Positions 36,685-50,237 of a DNA stretch of 64,000 nt are shown here, one piece after another. Position 1 is the first letter of the stretch, and each line of letters starts with the position of its first letter. The notes below the pieces were generated by a model that saw only the letters and a list, made by a program, of their open reading frames with translations, searched no databases and was not told where the DNA came from. The position numbers and the translations under genes are program-made. This DNA is from Azolla caroliniana (Eukaryota > Plantae > Polypodiophyta), in assembly GCA_043228905.1 (NCBI GenBank), contig JBHGNT010000002.1, positions 17,732,001-17,796,000 on the forward strand. The letters are read 5' to 3'.

Positions 36685-38886
36685 TTATGTACTTGGGAAG
36701 GGAGAGGTCCATCCTTGTAGACATTCCAAGAGTGGGGTGATCAGTTTCCCTTCACAAATTGCATCGAACACAACCTCGAAGTCTTCACCGGGTGATCGGT
36801 GATTGCGAGTTCCGGCTAGCATTTGAGTACCGAGCTCCGAGCGGACGAGACGGTAGAGAGGGTAGGACCGGCACTTGTGAATCTTGTTGGGCAATGCAGG
36901 CATACCCTTGTCGAAGCACGTGCGCACGTTCGCGAGCTCGCCAGGCAATTGAGCCCTCAGCTCATCTTCGAACACTGGGATCCTCGCCATGACCGATGTG
37001 TCCTCGTCCCGCTCGTTCGCGGGATTCTTGATCGCGTGCTCCACGAGCACCTGCCGGAGCCGTTGCATGAGAGGGTACGCGGGGCTCACAGGGTCATCGG
37101 CGTATGTGAACACGTGCTCGTTCTCGACCACGAGGATTAGGTCCTTCTCACAGAACCTCGAGTCCAAGAGCCGGCCTGTGGTCGCGCTTGTGGTCAATGT
37201 CTTCTTGGCCGCGCTAGTCACTACCTGCTTGACTGCAGACTGGAGGTTCTCCTCGAGGTTACGGAGATCGATGGCTTGGCAGAGCCCGACAAGGTAGGTG
37301 GCACTCATCAATTTGAGAATGTGGAGAGCCTCCTCCGTCTTCCTCGCCGAGATGAGGCCGAGCGAGTTCACGTCCTGGTTGTGCTGCTCCGCGCTCTGCA
37401 CATGGTTGGTCACGGGGTTCGCGAGGTACTCGAGCTCCGAAGTGTAGCTCGCCATCGCTATCTCCCCACCTTTCAGCCCATAGTCGAGGCTTGGGTTGGG
37501 CCCCCCGCTAAGGTTGGAAGGCAAGCCATTGTTGTAGAAATCGTTGACGAGCTCCGAGAACTGGGCGAACATGAGCTTCCCGATGGCCGCGAGCGCGAGG
37601 CGGATGTTGTCCATGGATGTGCCGATGGGCGTCCCTTGGAAGTTGCCGCCGTGGAGCGCCAGGTCTCGTGAGACGTCGATGATCGGGTTGTCGTTCACCG
37701 AGTTGATCTCTCGTTGGATGAGCTGCGTCCCGAACCGGATCACCTCGATCTGGGGGCCCAGCCACTGAGGCGATGTGCGGAGCGCGTACCGGTCTTGCTT
37801 CGGTTTCTTCAATGCGTCCACGGAATGGAGCTTCTCGGCCGCCTTCACGAACTCGCTTCCCGAAAGGATCCACTCCATGGCGGCCGCCGCCTCGATCTGC
37901 CCAGGGTGATGCTTCAACCTATGAGTTAATGGGTCCGCGAACTCGGGCTTCCCCTGCATTACCTCGCAGAACACTGCAGACGAGATGACCGCGAACAGCG
38001 ACAGGATGTGGGAATCGAAGCACACGATGGACGCGAGGCCCGCGCCGACGGCTGTGCCATTCACGATGGCCAGCCCTTCTTTGGGCATGAGCTCGAATGG
38101 CTTCTCTATCCCAACCATCTTCAGCGCCTCCGCACCCGACACGATCTTGCCTTGGGCCGTGAGGGCCTTGGAGTTGGGCCGGCCCGTCAAGAGCCCGGCG
38201 AGGTAGGAGAGCGGGACAAGATCCCCCGACGCGGTGATGGTTCCCCGGAGTGGGAGCATCGGGGTGATGTTGGCATTGAGAAGGCTCTCGATGGCTTGGA
38301 GGATCTCCCATCGTATGCCGGAGAAGCCTTGCATCAAGGTGTTGGTCCGCACCAGCACGGCCGCCCGCGCGGCATCGGCCGGCAATGCATTCGCGTCGCT
38401 CCTTCCGAAGATGCCTGCGTTAAGGAAGCGGATCAGCTCCTTCTGGAGCTCCATGCCTTGGTTGGTACGGCGGTGCGACGTCGCTCCGTAGCCGGTCGTC
38501 ACACCGTACACATCGCACCCTTTCATGATCTTGTTCTGGACCCACATCGAGCTCTCGTCCACTCTCTCCTTCGCCGATTCTTCGTCCAGCGACACCAGCA
38601 CTTCGGCCTTGCGGCGTGCAATGGTGGCCACCTGCGCGACCGTCAGGGTCTTGCCTTCGATTTTGATGTCGGTCGAGTTTAGGAAGGTGGAGGCCATGAG
38701 AAGGACGTCGGAGAGGAAGGAGCCATGGAGGGCTTGGGCGGATTGGGACCAGTTGAAAGGGTCGGAGACGCCGAAGTCTCCGTCGAGGCACAAGGAGGGG
38801 GTGGTGAAGGAGGAGGAGAGCAGCATATTATTGGTCTTAGTAATTGGGTTTGTAGGAGGAGGATGGGTAGGGGTCACAGAGACCAT
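36685..38886 (-). CDS. PAL: Phenylalanine ammonia-lyase, intronless (~733 aa from the first ATG)
   Basis: Uninterrupted ORF with [23 protein letters not shown], the MIO motif [39 protein letters not shown] and HNQDVNSLG. Confidence 0.98.
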   Translation of the reverse strand: MVSVTPTHPPPTNPITKTNNMLLSSSFTTPSLCLDGDFGVSDPFNWSQSAQALHGSFLSDVLLMASTFLNSTDIKIEGKTLTVAQVATIARRKAEVLVSLDEESAKERVDESSMWVQNKIMKGCDVYGVTTGYGATSHRRTNQGMELQKELIRFLNAGIFGRSDANALPADAARAAVLVRTNTLMQGFSGIRWEILQAIESLLNANITPMLPLRGTITASGDLVPLSYLAGLLTGRPNSKALTAQGKIVSGAEALKMVGIEKPFELMPKEGLAIVNGTAVGAGLASIVCFDSHILSLFAVISSAVFCEVMQGKPEFADPLTHRLKHHPGQIEAAAAMEWILSGSEFVKAAEKLHSVDALKKPKQDRYALRTSPQWLGPQIEVIRFGTQLIQREINSVNDNPIIDVSRDLALHGGNFQGTPIGTSMDNIRLALAAIGKLMFAQFSELVNDFYNNGLPSNLSGGPNPSLDYGLKGGEIAMASYTSELEYLANPVTNHVQSAEQHNQDVNSLGLISARKTEEALHILKLMSATYLVGLCQAIDLRNLEENLQSAVKQVVTSAAKKTLTTSATTGRLLDSRFCEKDLILVVENEHVFTYADDPVSPAYPLMQRLRQVLVEHAIKNPANERDEDTSVMARIPVFEDELRAQLPGELANVRTCFDKGMPALPNKIHKCRSYPLYRLVRSELGTQMLAGTRNHRSPGEDFEVVFDAICEGKLITPLLECLQGWTSPFPST

Positions 38887-39039
38887 GATGAAAGAAGCTC
38901 TACTAGAGAGAGGTGATATTAGAACAAGTAGGGACAAAAAGAAGAAGAAGGAAGGGAGTGAGTGTTGTGTGTGTGTTGTAGTAGGAATGAATGGCTGTCT
39001 TTCTTCTTCTGCTGCTTTATTGGTGAGGAAAAGAAGGTG

Positions 39040-39440
39040 TGAGTGAATGGGATATAATGGAAATGGAGAGAAGCCAAGCGTTAGCTTTTAGTTTTAGCTT
39101 AGCTTAGTTTAGCTTCTTGAGAAAGGTGGTGGTGGAAATAGAGAGAGGTAGGCGTGGCCAAGGAAGAAAGGAAGGTGAGAGGATAGATTTATATGAAAGG
39201 GTGGAGAGGGGGGGGGGAGCAGAATGCGATGCACGAGAAGAACGCTGTTGCATGGAAATGAATGGCTTGTGACGTGCACCCCATCATCCCTCGTGGTCAT
39301 TAAATGTGCTCCTCCATACACATACATGCATATACACACATACACACACATACACACATACATACATACATACTAGTTAGCCCTACTACTAGTACTAACA
39401 AACAATAAAATCCAAAAGCAAAACACTTCACGTGTTTCAT
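39040..39440 (-). promoter_or_regulatory. PAL proximal promoter: candidate TATA boxes and ACGT-core elements
   Basis: TATA-like TTATAT (~39052) and TATAAA (~39188) on the minus strand. TGACGTG near 39270 and CACGTG at 39429-39434. Motif match only. Confidence 0.3.
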
Positions 39441-41637
39441 CATCGCCCACGTCTCTTTCTCTCTCTCTCTCTCTCTACCCTACCATATACCATACATCCG
39501 CCCCCCCCCCCCCAAAACTCTAATCCGCTTGCTCCAATCAGAAAGCACCACGTCATCCCTCCTCGATTTAGCGCTTCTTGTTTTTTAAGTTATTATGTAT
39601 TTTGCAAATCGCGTGTGTCTCCTCCCTTAGCTGCTGGGCCCACCACATACATCCTCTCTCTACCTCCGCATCCTCTCTCTCTTTGCAGATTTACTTCCGG
39701 GTAGCCCATGTGCGTTTATTATATTTCATGCTTTTGTGCTCCCCCACGTAGGCGGCCCATGCCCCACTCTCTTCCTGGACGACCTTCGCGTGTGGCCTTT
39801 GGTCGACCAACACTAATTCTTATCTTTAAGTCAAAGACACACACCATGTACGTATGTATGCATACTAAGCCTTAGTACATGCGCCACAATTCACACATTG
39901 GCTTCCATCCACACACATTTTTTTACACCAATTTTTTTTTTAAGTCATGGCCTTCATGTTGCCATGTGTCTAAGGCTTTCTTTACCCACCCACCTCGTGC
40001 TTTTGGATCTTGGCCCACACTTCGACACAAATATCAACATCCGTCGCTTTTGCATTCCTACCTCATAGAAATAAACCCTTCCCTTCATTTCTCTCGATGC
40101 TTACAGCTCCCTCCCTCCCGCTAGCTAGACCCACCATATTTTGGCAATATCGAAGCATTTTCCTTTTTCAGTAGTCATGCTAGAGTTGGCAGCATCGATG
40201 TGAGGACATAAACGCAACGTGGGTAGAAGCTCCAAACTTATGTTGTCCATAACTCTTAACACAATGACAAAACAAAGCCATACAACCAAAGGTAAGGAAT
40301 CATAAAAAAGGTCTTACAGCAAAGGTTGTGGTAGAGAATCATAGTGCATGTATTGGTATTGAGCTTTTTGTCATGTAGAAAGAAGCATGCAAACCTTGCC
40401 CGCATTAAAAGTACACATGCTCTAGTCATTTGTTTTTCTTAAATTTGAGAATTATCATTGAATCATTGTTAAAAGGTAAACGAAATTATTCATTGACTTT
40501 AACATTCCACATTTCTCGATTTCTTGGCTTGGAATCAATTTCATGGTTAAATGATATCGTCATTCTCAAGAAACAAAATGCTCTTTTTTAGGTTTTCGCA
40601 ATATTGTAGATAGTTCTAACATTCATATGAACATGCAAGTTGAAAAGAAATGATAGACAACCTGATTTATCTAGACCAAACTCCACGAAGCAGACTTATT
40701 GTGTTACCTTTAAGTGTATACTATTATTGTGTTTAAGACATTATCCAATCATATTTTACACATATTATTATTCTCCTTATTATGAAGGTTAACTTAATAC
40801 ATGTTTTAAATGTTCCCACCTACTAGTAAGTAGCACCAAAGGAGTGAAAATGTTGTGATACAAAAGGAGTTGTTGACCATAGCAATAACCGCAAAGTATA
40901 TTATAGTCAAACATAGGATGCTTTTATAGGAAAGAGGTTGAAACATAAAATATAAAACCAATTGTTTGGTGGAGATATTAGTGTCATTTGGTCAATAACA
41001 TATCCATGTTCCATGAGATGATATGGCTCAACGAATACTTCCATATTGCAAATGGGTCTTGGTGAAAGGTTTGCATGTGATGTTTTTGTCTCATAGAGAG
41101 TCATGTTCATGTTAATTGATCATGTTGAGGAAGTGTATAAGTCAAAGACCATGCCAATATGATAATGTGCATGCAAAGGATCATTTTGCACTTAGATAGC
41201 TTTCATCATAGACCTTAGATCAACAAAAATTTAACAAAGTATTCACTAATCATTTAAGAGTTTAATCCTATTCATGGTGATCAACTAAGGCTTAATGATA
41301 TCATTCAAGAGTAATTAGTCCACTTCATGGTGATCTTAGGCTTAACAATATCATGACCTACACTTGATTTTCCTTTTTTTTATTAATATCCTTGATAACC
41401 TAAGACACGAAACCATTATAATTACATAAGTTCAATGTTTCTTCATATTCTCAAACTTCAATTAGATCTTCTTAAGAGTTTGCATGCAAAAGTAGTATTG
41501 ATCATGTTTAAGTACGAAAAAATTTCCTGGCATGCTTCAACATGACAATGACATCAATGTTATTGAACCTTGAGAAAGAGTAAACTCAAAGAATAGATAT
41601 TAATGAAATCAACGCATTCTCATCAAAAGTGACCCCT

Positions 41638-43628
41638 TGTTGTCGAATACGGGAAATAATGGACGTATATCACACCATCCTATTGGACATACTAGGTTTT
41701 AGGCTATTTATGTAAATAGTGGAAAGGTAGTTGCCCTAAGTCAGTCAGTATTTAAACTAACTCTTGTAACCTAGTTTGTGGTTGTTCATCTTGTATATTG
41801 TGCTATTGTAACTTTGAGAATAATACAATTACATTGTCTTGTGCCTAACTCTGTTTTTCTTCTCCTTGTCTTCTATTTGATCTTGTCTCTAATCAAGTTG
41901 CTTTTACTTTTAAAATTTGTTATCTATTTGAGATCTTCATAAAAAGAGTGTTGATTCTTGTTTCGCACCTGACGACTATTTAAAACATATGGTATCAAAG
42001 CATGGTCTTCTTTTGATTCTACAGCCAACAGTCTTCTTGTCTCCATTAGCATCTCTTCCTTGTATCTTTTGAAGATCCTTCTATTGACTTCACCTTGATA
42101 TAACAGATTTTGAGATTTCAACCCAACGGAAATTTTCGGTCGGGCAACTACACAAGACCACTCTTCTCGAGGAGAAACGCCTAGAAATTTGGCACTTCGC
42201 TAAGTTAAATCACTTCTGAAGTAGGACAATCGGTTCTACTTCGTCTTCGTGGTTGTAGTCGCTTGAAGTGAGGTCTTTCCATCAATTTGACCGTAAATCG
42301 TGCTTGATTGAGTTAGACAGTAATCCGTCAAGCCTTCCCGTGCTGCCCACTCGTTGGTCATAACCAATCGAAGCAGATTTGGTTCCAGGAGCAACCCCCT
42401 TATGTGCTTCATTCGCCTAGACAACATTCAGGAAGACCAGTCATATCTGTCCTTCTCATTGTTGTAGTCACTCGAGGCAGGATTGGCCTAGAAAACGGCC
42501 CAAAGGCATGTATAACTTGTGATCGGCCCGTGAAATTGGCAATCAGAATCAGATCGATAGTTAACTACGCTCAACTCGGCTAGACGACATTTGGGAAGAC
42601 CAGTCAGCTCTATCCCTCAAATTGTCGTAGCCACTTCGAGAAAGTTCAGTACCCAACCGTCATCTAATCGAATTAAATCAGTGAATTCGAGTCCAATTCG
42701 GCTAAGTTAGTCGATTGTAGTCACTTGGATTGAAGCCGATTCAGATTGCGTTCAAACTCGGTTAGAACGAATTCGGGTGAGCCAATTGATTGCACCCAAC
42801 CACTGTTCATAGCCAACCCCGAATAGAGCCTCCCAAAACCAACATAGAATGGCATCAACATCTGGCTTGTCAGAAATAAGTCTAAGGAAGTTCGACGGAT
42901 CGAACTTCAATTTCTAGAAGGAGCAGATGCAAGACTATCTGATAGTCAAGGGTTAGATCAACCCAATCGAGACTAAGAACGCTCCAGAAGGATATACGCC
43001 GAATGACTAGACTAAGCTAGATCGAATTTTCTGGACCACCATTCAGATGCACTTGCCAGAGTCAGTGTACTTCACAGTGCAATTGTGTTCGATTGCCTTC
43101 CAAATCTAGAAGACACTCTCAGACACTTACGAAAAGAAGGTCGCCGCCACAAAGATATATTCGATTCGGCACCTCTACAATCTTCGGATGAAAGAATCCG
43201 ACTCCATCCAAGCGCACCTCAATGAGTACAAAAGCCTAAGCTCCCAAATTTCGGCTTAGGGGACAACAATTGAAGATGAATTAAAGGTTATGTTGCAAAT
43301 GTACAGTCTCCCCTCTTCGTGGAAAACTTTTGTCACAACTATGTGCAATGTGTTGATTGTCATCGTTAAGTACTATGAAGTCACGAGTTGAATCCTTATG
43401 GAATCTACTTGGAGGAAATCGTTTGCAAATTATTCGACCTGTGAGCAAGTCTCGAGATAATCGAACGTGCAACTACTTCAAGAAACTCGGGCATATCAAG
43501 GTCGATTATTGTGCCCTCAAAGCCAAGAATGATAAAGCTCAACAAGCTTATCAAAAGGGTGGCCGACATGAGGAGGTCAACTATGTCGACTCATCAGTTG
43601 ATGTATTGACGAACGACCCGAACATTAT
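41638..43628 (+). mobile_element. Ty1/copia element G 5' part (LTR ~41638-41987, PBS 41990-42001, decayed gag from 42849)
   Basis: ...AAACA then TGGTATCAAAGC. Gag MASTSGLSEISLRKFDGSNFNF*KEQMQDYL and a degenerate zinc knuckle TCNYFKKLGHIKVDY. Interrupted at 43629. Confidence 0.8.
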
Positions 43629-46239
43629 TGTAAAGAATCAGGTATGATTCTTGTGTAGCGGAATAGGTGTGAACTGTGTGTGTATATGAGAGAGAGTGTG
43701 TGTGTGTGAGAGAGACAAGGAGTAAGACACAGAGTATACACAAGGTAGATTCTATTAACAAAGGAGAAAGACTCAACTAAATACAAGGTGGGAGGAGGGT
43801 GCTTTATATAGTCACACTCTCTCTTCATTAACTACAAGACTCATGGAGCATGGGGAATGTGAAAGCTCATAAGTTATGTGTCATAGAATATGATTCTATG
43901 ACTCGTACTAAATGCTAGAATACAAAGAGGTGACATAATGGTGACTCTTGACCATTGGAGTGTCTATTCACTCAAGGTGAGTTCACACACTAGACCAAGT
44001 TGAGCTTGATTCTCAACACGCCCCCTCAAGCTCAAGTTGGGTTGGTTTTAGACGGTATCCGAAATCCGCTTCGACTCGCATTTCGGAATCCGCGTCGACT
44101 CGCATTTATGTGGAGTTGGAGAATCCATGCTCTAGCTTGCGTTGTGCGTAGTTGCGAAGTCTGTGCTTCGACTTGCATCTTTCTTTGTGGCTTTGCGTGG
44201 TAGATCGTCTCTTCGCGGCTTCGTTGCGTGGTTGCGTAATCCACGCATTATTGCGTAGTGTCTTTAGTACTCCCCCTCAAGCTTGGCATGTCAAGGATCG
44301 TCAATCCGAGATCGGTCATGAATTACCATAGCTTGTCGGCTCCTAAGGCTTTAGTGAAGATGTCAGCCGTTTGAAAATTGGTGCTAATGTGTCGTAGGTC
44401 AACATCGCCAGCTAGAATCGCTCTCGGATGAAGTGATAGTGCACTTCAATGTGCTTTGTCCTTGCGTGGAACACCGGGTTTTGAGCCAGATAGATACTGC
44501 TCATGTTGTCGCAGTAAAGGGAAGTCGGATCCTTGATGGGTACGCCCAGATCCTTGAGTATCCTTTTGAGCCATACGGCTTCACATGCGGCCACTGCCAC
44601 GCCCCTGTATTCCGCCTCTGTGCTCGAAAGAGCGACGCTTGGTTGCTTTTTGCTGCTCCAGGATATTGCTCCACTGTCGAGGGAGAAAACAAATCCGGAT
44701 GTTGATCTTCTATCGGCTTTGTAGCCCGTCCAATCGGCGTCTGTGTACCCTTCGAGTCATATTGGCATCGCGGTCTTGTAGAGGATGCCGCAATCCATTG
44801 TGCCGCTCACATAGCGTAGAACTCGCTTAGTGCAATCCAAGTGAGTATCACGTGGTGTTTGCATGAATTGACTAAGGAGACCGACCGGATAACTGAGATC
44901 GGGTCGAGTGATCGTGAGGTAGATGAGACTCCCGATGAGTTGCCGATACTGAGTCGGCTCACACGCTTTGGTGCCGGAGTTCGCATCTAGTTTGAGATTG
45001 CGATCGAGCGGGGTTGCCGCGGATTTGCACTCAGCCATTCTGAACTTGTATAACAAGTTGAGGATGCAGTGCCGTTGAGAGATCATGATTCCGGTTGGAG
45101 TCCGAATTACCTCAATGCCGAGGAAGTAGTGGAGCTCCTTCATGTCCGTCATCTCAAACTTTTCGGAAAGGAGGGATTTGACTTTATTGGTTTCGACGAG
45201 AAGCTCACGTCCAATGACTAGGTCATCCACTTATAAAATGATGACGATCGGACTTGCGGAATCACTTCGTATGTAGAGGGAATTGTCCGATTTTGACATA
45301 CGGAAGTCGATTTGATGAAGATATAGCGTTATCTTCGAATGCCAAGCACGGAGTGCTTGCTTGAGGCCGTAGAGTGGCTTCTTGAGTTGGCATATAGCTT
45401 TCGGATGGGTACTCGAGTTGAAGCTGGGTGGTTGTATCATGTACACCTCCTCTTCTAATTCGCCTTGTAGAAAGGCGTTCTTGACGTTCATTTGATGGAG
45501 GTGACACCCTTTCGCCACGGCAAGCGCAAATACGGTTCGTACCGTCGTCATCTTTGCCACCGGGGCAAAGGTCTCTTCATAGTCAAGTCCGTGCGTTTGT
45601 GCATAGCCCTTCGCTACGAGTCGCGCTTTGTAGCGGTTGACGGAATCGTCGGCATTGTACTTCACTTTGTAAATCCATCTGCATCCGATCGCCTTTTTGT
45701 GCGGTGAGGTGGGAACGAGATCCCATGTCTCGTTCTTGCGTAGTGCCTGCATCTCCTCGTTCATGGATTCGATCCATCTCGGATACTTGGCTACTTCGGA
45801 AAAAGTTTCCGGCTCGCGTACTGTTGCCACCTTCATCATAAAGGCATTGTGATATGCCATGTAGTCGTTGTAGCCGAATCGGCTGACTGGATTCTTTTCA
45901 CGGGTGGAGCGACGGAGCTTTTCCTTTGCAGAGATGAGGGCTTTCTTAGCTCCGATTGGTACATCGAAGCCGCCAAACTCACTCTTGAGTGAGTGAGTCA
46001 ACTCATCATCGTCGAAGCGATCGTCTTCGTATTCCGACATTTTTGCCTTGCCTTTGTGCATCTTCGAGCTAGGCCGTGATGTGCTTTGATTGCTCAAAGG
46101 CTCTTGTGGTCCGCTCAATCGGGTCGTGATCGGACTTTCTTCGAACATGCGCATTGTCACGTTATTACGCGCGTGCGTGTAGAAGGGCAAGACCATGGGG
46201 GTCTCGGACGAGGGAGGAAAGGATGCAGAGAAGCCGAAA

Positions 46240-46291
<52 letters not shown>

Positions 46292-49200
46292 AAGAGCATG
46301 CGCGCGCTACACCGACTCTTATGCACGGAAAACAAAAAGGGGTGGAAACACCCGACACTACTAGAGACGCGGATGCACACAACCAAACATATATATATAT
46401 ATATATATTACAATGGAAGAGATACGACCCCGGCTTCGAGCCGGACCAAGGTAGGTTACAGCAGCAGTCTGTTGCCAAGCCACCAGTCGGGGAGCTCACG
46501 GTTGTCGCACCGAGCGGGGTCTTGCACAGGAGACCTAGTAGAAGCAAACCTACAAAGGGGGAATATGCTACCGTGGCCACGAGCCGACTACGCATAGAAG
46601 AAGAGAAGTAAGCCTAACGGCTTTGCCGCCATAGCTCCCGCCCGACTTCTCAAGAAGGAGAAGGAGAAGAAGAAGAAGAAGAAAGAAAGAAAGAAAGTAG
46701 CTAACCCTAGAAAAGAAAGCACAAAATGGTATACCCTTACGACTCAAAATGGGCAACCCCTCTACAAGGGACCAGCCCTTCCTTTTATAGAACAAGGAGA
46801 GGGATGCGTTACAATGTGGGATAAATCTCGATTTACATGGGATTCCTTGTCCCGACTTAACTCTTGTTATTCACACGTTTTACAAGGGTAAGTGCACATG
46901 GTGCACTTTGCCGATTCTTCCGATATCTCCCGATTCCGCCTAGGGACGGTTTTCTCCACGACATCCACCCCCACCTAACCGCGCATCCACCGGTATGCGC
47001 CAAAATAGACTCTTGCCAGAGAAGACCGACCCTAGCTTAACCTTCGCTCTCTGGCTTCGCCCTATGCATGCGTTGTTGGCCCTCGCCCGGCCGGATCGTG
47101 CATCGCCGCTTCTCCACATACTAGTGTCCTCCGCATCCGAGGAACACCCCGTAGTAGCCCGCTTGGCCACTTTCGTCTCGCACTGCTACCGGTTTGGAAC
47201 CTTCTGCTCGCCGTCGTCCCCTCGCCACCACCTTCCTTCTCCTTGGTCTTACGTTGCCGCGTCGGCTCGAACTGCCAAGGTCTCCGGGACCCGATGTGGA
47301 GGATCCTTCTCAGCCTCCGTTTTGTTGCGTCACCAACTCGCGTACCAAGCGCGTCCGATCTTTGTCTTGCCGACCCTGCCGGTCGGGCTCATATCCGGTT
47401 CGTGGCCGCCTCGCCGGCCTCATACCTCCTTTCGCCCTCCTTTCGCTCCGCTTCCCGTCATCTGATCATGTTCACCTGCCGCCACCGATCACTCCTATAG
47501 GACTCACGACGGCACTTGGGTCGACCGCCGGATCGGTGTGAGGATCTCCGTAAACCGCCCATCCTTTCCCTCTCCAGTGCCCGCCTTGCCACCGCGACCA
47601 TTCTTCTCTCTAGGTCTCACGCCGATTCTCGTTGCCGGCTACCGGAGTGTCTAGAATGGTGTGCATAAGGTCGCGGCAACACTGCTCGTTTCTTTCCGAC
47701 CTCTTTTGTTGGTCACGTTCTCCTGCCGCCACTGATCTCTCCTATAGGACTTACGCCGGTACTCGGGCAGACCACCGGATCGGTGTGAGGATCTCCGCGG
47801 ACTGCCCTGCCTTAGTCTTTCGGTTGCCTTCATCCCCTCGCCGCCACCATTCGCCACTCTAGGTCTCACGTTGGCTCTCAGGCCGACCGCCGGAGTCTCT
47901 AGAACTGGTGTGAAGGATCCTCCTCATGCTCTTCGTATCTCGTACCCTTATCCCGGGTCGTCTCTCTCCTCGTGTCGAGAGGGTGGCTCACTCCACACCC
48001 TCTCCCATGGTACCGACGTACCGTGTTCCCGGCCTCCTCGTAGGCCTGCTCTCTTCCTCCCTTCCGGATCGGTTATCCGGAAGTCCGCTCCGCCTGGTTC
48101 TCATCCGGGTTCGTCCGTCATTCTCCAAATTGCCGGATCCCGTTCTCCTGCCGCTACTGTCAGTATCTTGGTCTTATGTCGAATCCGATGCCGACCGCTG
48201 AAGTCTCTAGATCCGGTGTGAGGTGACCCATAGCACCGGTCTTCGTTCTCCACATCCGTCCCTTGTACTTCTCCCGAACTCGTCGTCGCTCTTTTCATCG
48301 TACTCCCGCCTCCATCTTCCATCTCTCTTGGTCTCACATCGGCCTTGTTGCCGGCTGCCGGAGTCTCCGGTCAAAATGTGGGGACACCGATTTCGCAGCG
48401 ACTCCCGACGACTCATCCGGGGCCACTGACCCTTTTAGTGGTGTCGGTGGAAAGCATCCGCTCTATGATCGATCAAGCCCCGCCTGGGCTTGATTCTCCA
48501 ATGTCCGGAGTTTCGGCTCCGATGCCGATCCTGCCGGACTTGTTCGCACCCTCGATCATTTTCTTCCGATTCCTGACCTTCGCCCGGTCGGTCTTTCTCC
48601 CCATGTAAAAGAGGGCGGCTCATTCTGCACTCTCTCCCGTATAGGCACCTTCATGCTGATTCTAGCCCCGGTCAAACAATCCACGACCGGATCGCACTCC
48701 AACCGAATCAGAGTGTCACGTTGTTCGGTCCTCAGTCGGGTTGTTTCTTGGTCTCTTCGTCGACCTTCTCGCGGGCCACCTCCCATCCTTCTTCGTTGGC
48801 ATCGTGCCAAGACTCCTCGATACCGTCATCCATCTCCTCGATCTCGCATGGGCGTAAGGGCCCGAATGCCGAGTTCTCCGGAATCGGTCCTGAGGGCTCT
48901 TGTTCGTTCCTTCCCCGTATCATCTCGCCGGTGATTCTTGGTCTCACGCCGCCGCCTTCCTCCTCTTGGGACTCACGTGGGCACTTGGGCCCGACTGCCA
49001 TTGTCTCGGGAGCAAGTGTGGGAAGACGCAAAGAATTGCCCGTCCGTTTTACGCCCTTGTCCGTAGCCACCAGCTCCTCGTGGTCGGTGGTCGTCTTCTT
49101 ACTGATCGCGCAAGCCCCGCCTGGGCTTGCTTCTCCTATGTCTGGAGTTTCGGGCTGACGTGCCCGAAACCGTCGGTCCCATCGTTTCGATTCTGCTATC

Positions 49201-50201
49201 GGTATCTCAGCCTCGTCCTCGACCATTCTATCTCCGCAAGTCGAGAGGGTGTTTTGTTTCGCACCCTCTCCCGTGGTACTGTGGTACCGACCTTCTGCCA
49301 TCTCGTGGGGGAAGCTCGTCTCCTCGGTCTCGGCTCGCGGCCTTGAGAACTGCGTACACCTCCGTGATCCTGGCCCCGACGCCGAGCCTTGCCAACTCTC
49401 TTTGCCGTTCGACCTCTTCCTACTGTGATGGCGCGTCGTCGCGCCCCTTCCTCCTAGCCTTCTCGGCTCGCTCGTCATCTAGTCGTTGGCATACCCTTCC
49501 GATCTTTGACCAGTCCTCGATAAAGCCATTTGCTCCATCCTCGTCTTCGAGCTCAATCCCGATGGCCTCCCATTCCACTCAATCGATCGACTTAACGAAC
49601 AACAGGACTTTGTCCGCCCCCACCAAACCTTGCTCCCACTCTAGGAGCTGAGCAAGCCGTTGCTCGAACTCTCAGAACACCTTCGTTGCGCCCCGGTGGG
49701 TCTTCGTCGATGCCACCCACTGGTCGAAGCTGCATCGTCCCCGACTCTTCCGCCGTTCCCCATATGCCTGCAGGAGCGCCTCTTCAAAGGCCTCCCACGA
49801 ACTATGAGCTTTTCTGAGCTCCTTCACTTCCGCGTGCATATGGACGACGACGACCTGACAGAAGAACTCCAGCCTCAACGCCTCATCTACATCTCGCTCC
49901 TCCATTCCCGCGTTGTAGGCTTCCAAGTAGAATGGGACCTTGTCCCCGTTGAAACGGCCGACTCTTTCGACCACTTGCTCAACCGCTTGCTGCGCTGACT
50001 CCCGTCTTGTTGTTGCTCGTCCAAACTCCCTCACTGCTTCGACGAAAAGGTGCGCGAAGTCGTCTTCTTCCAACTCCATTCTCCCTTGCCACCCTTCACG
50101 TCGGGTTCACCAAATATGTCGCGTTATTACGCGCGTGCGTGTAGAAGGGCAGGACCATGGGGGTCTCGGACGAGGGAGGAAAGGATGCAGAGAAGCCGAA
50201 A

Positions 50202-50237
<36 letters not shown>

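Noticed and set aside
36759-39046. Plus-strand ORFs overlapping PAL
   Set aside because: Antisense shadows of a GC-rich CDS.
45231-46595. 454-aa ORF as a novel gene
   Set aside because: A chance in-frame fusion of the inserted LTR (including a CT microsatellite) with the host copia RT.
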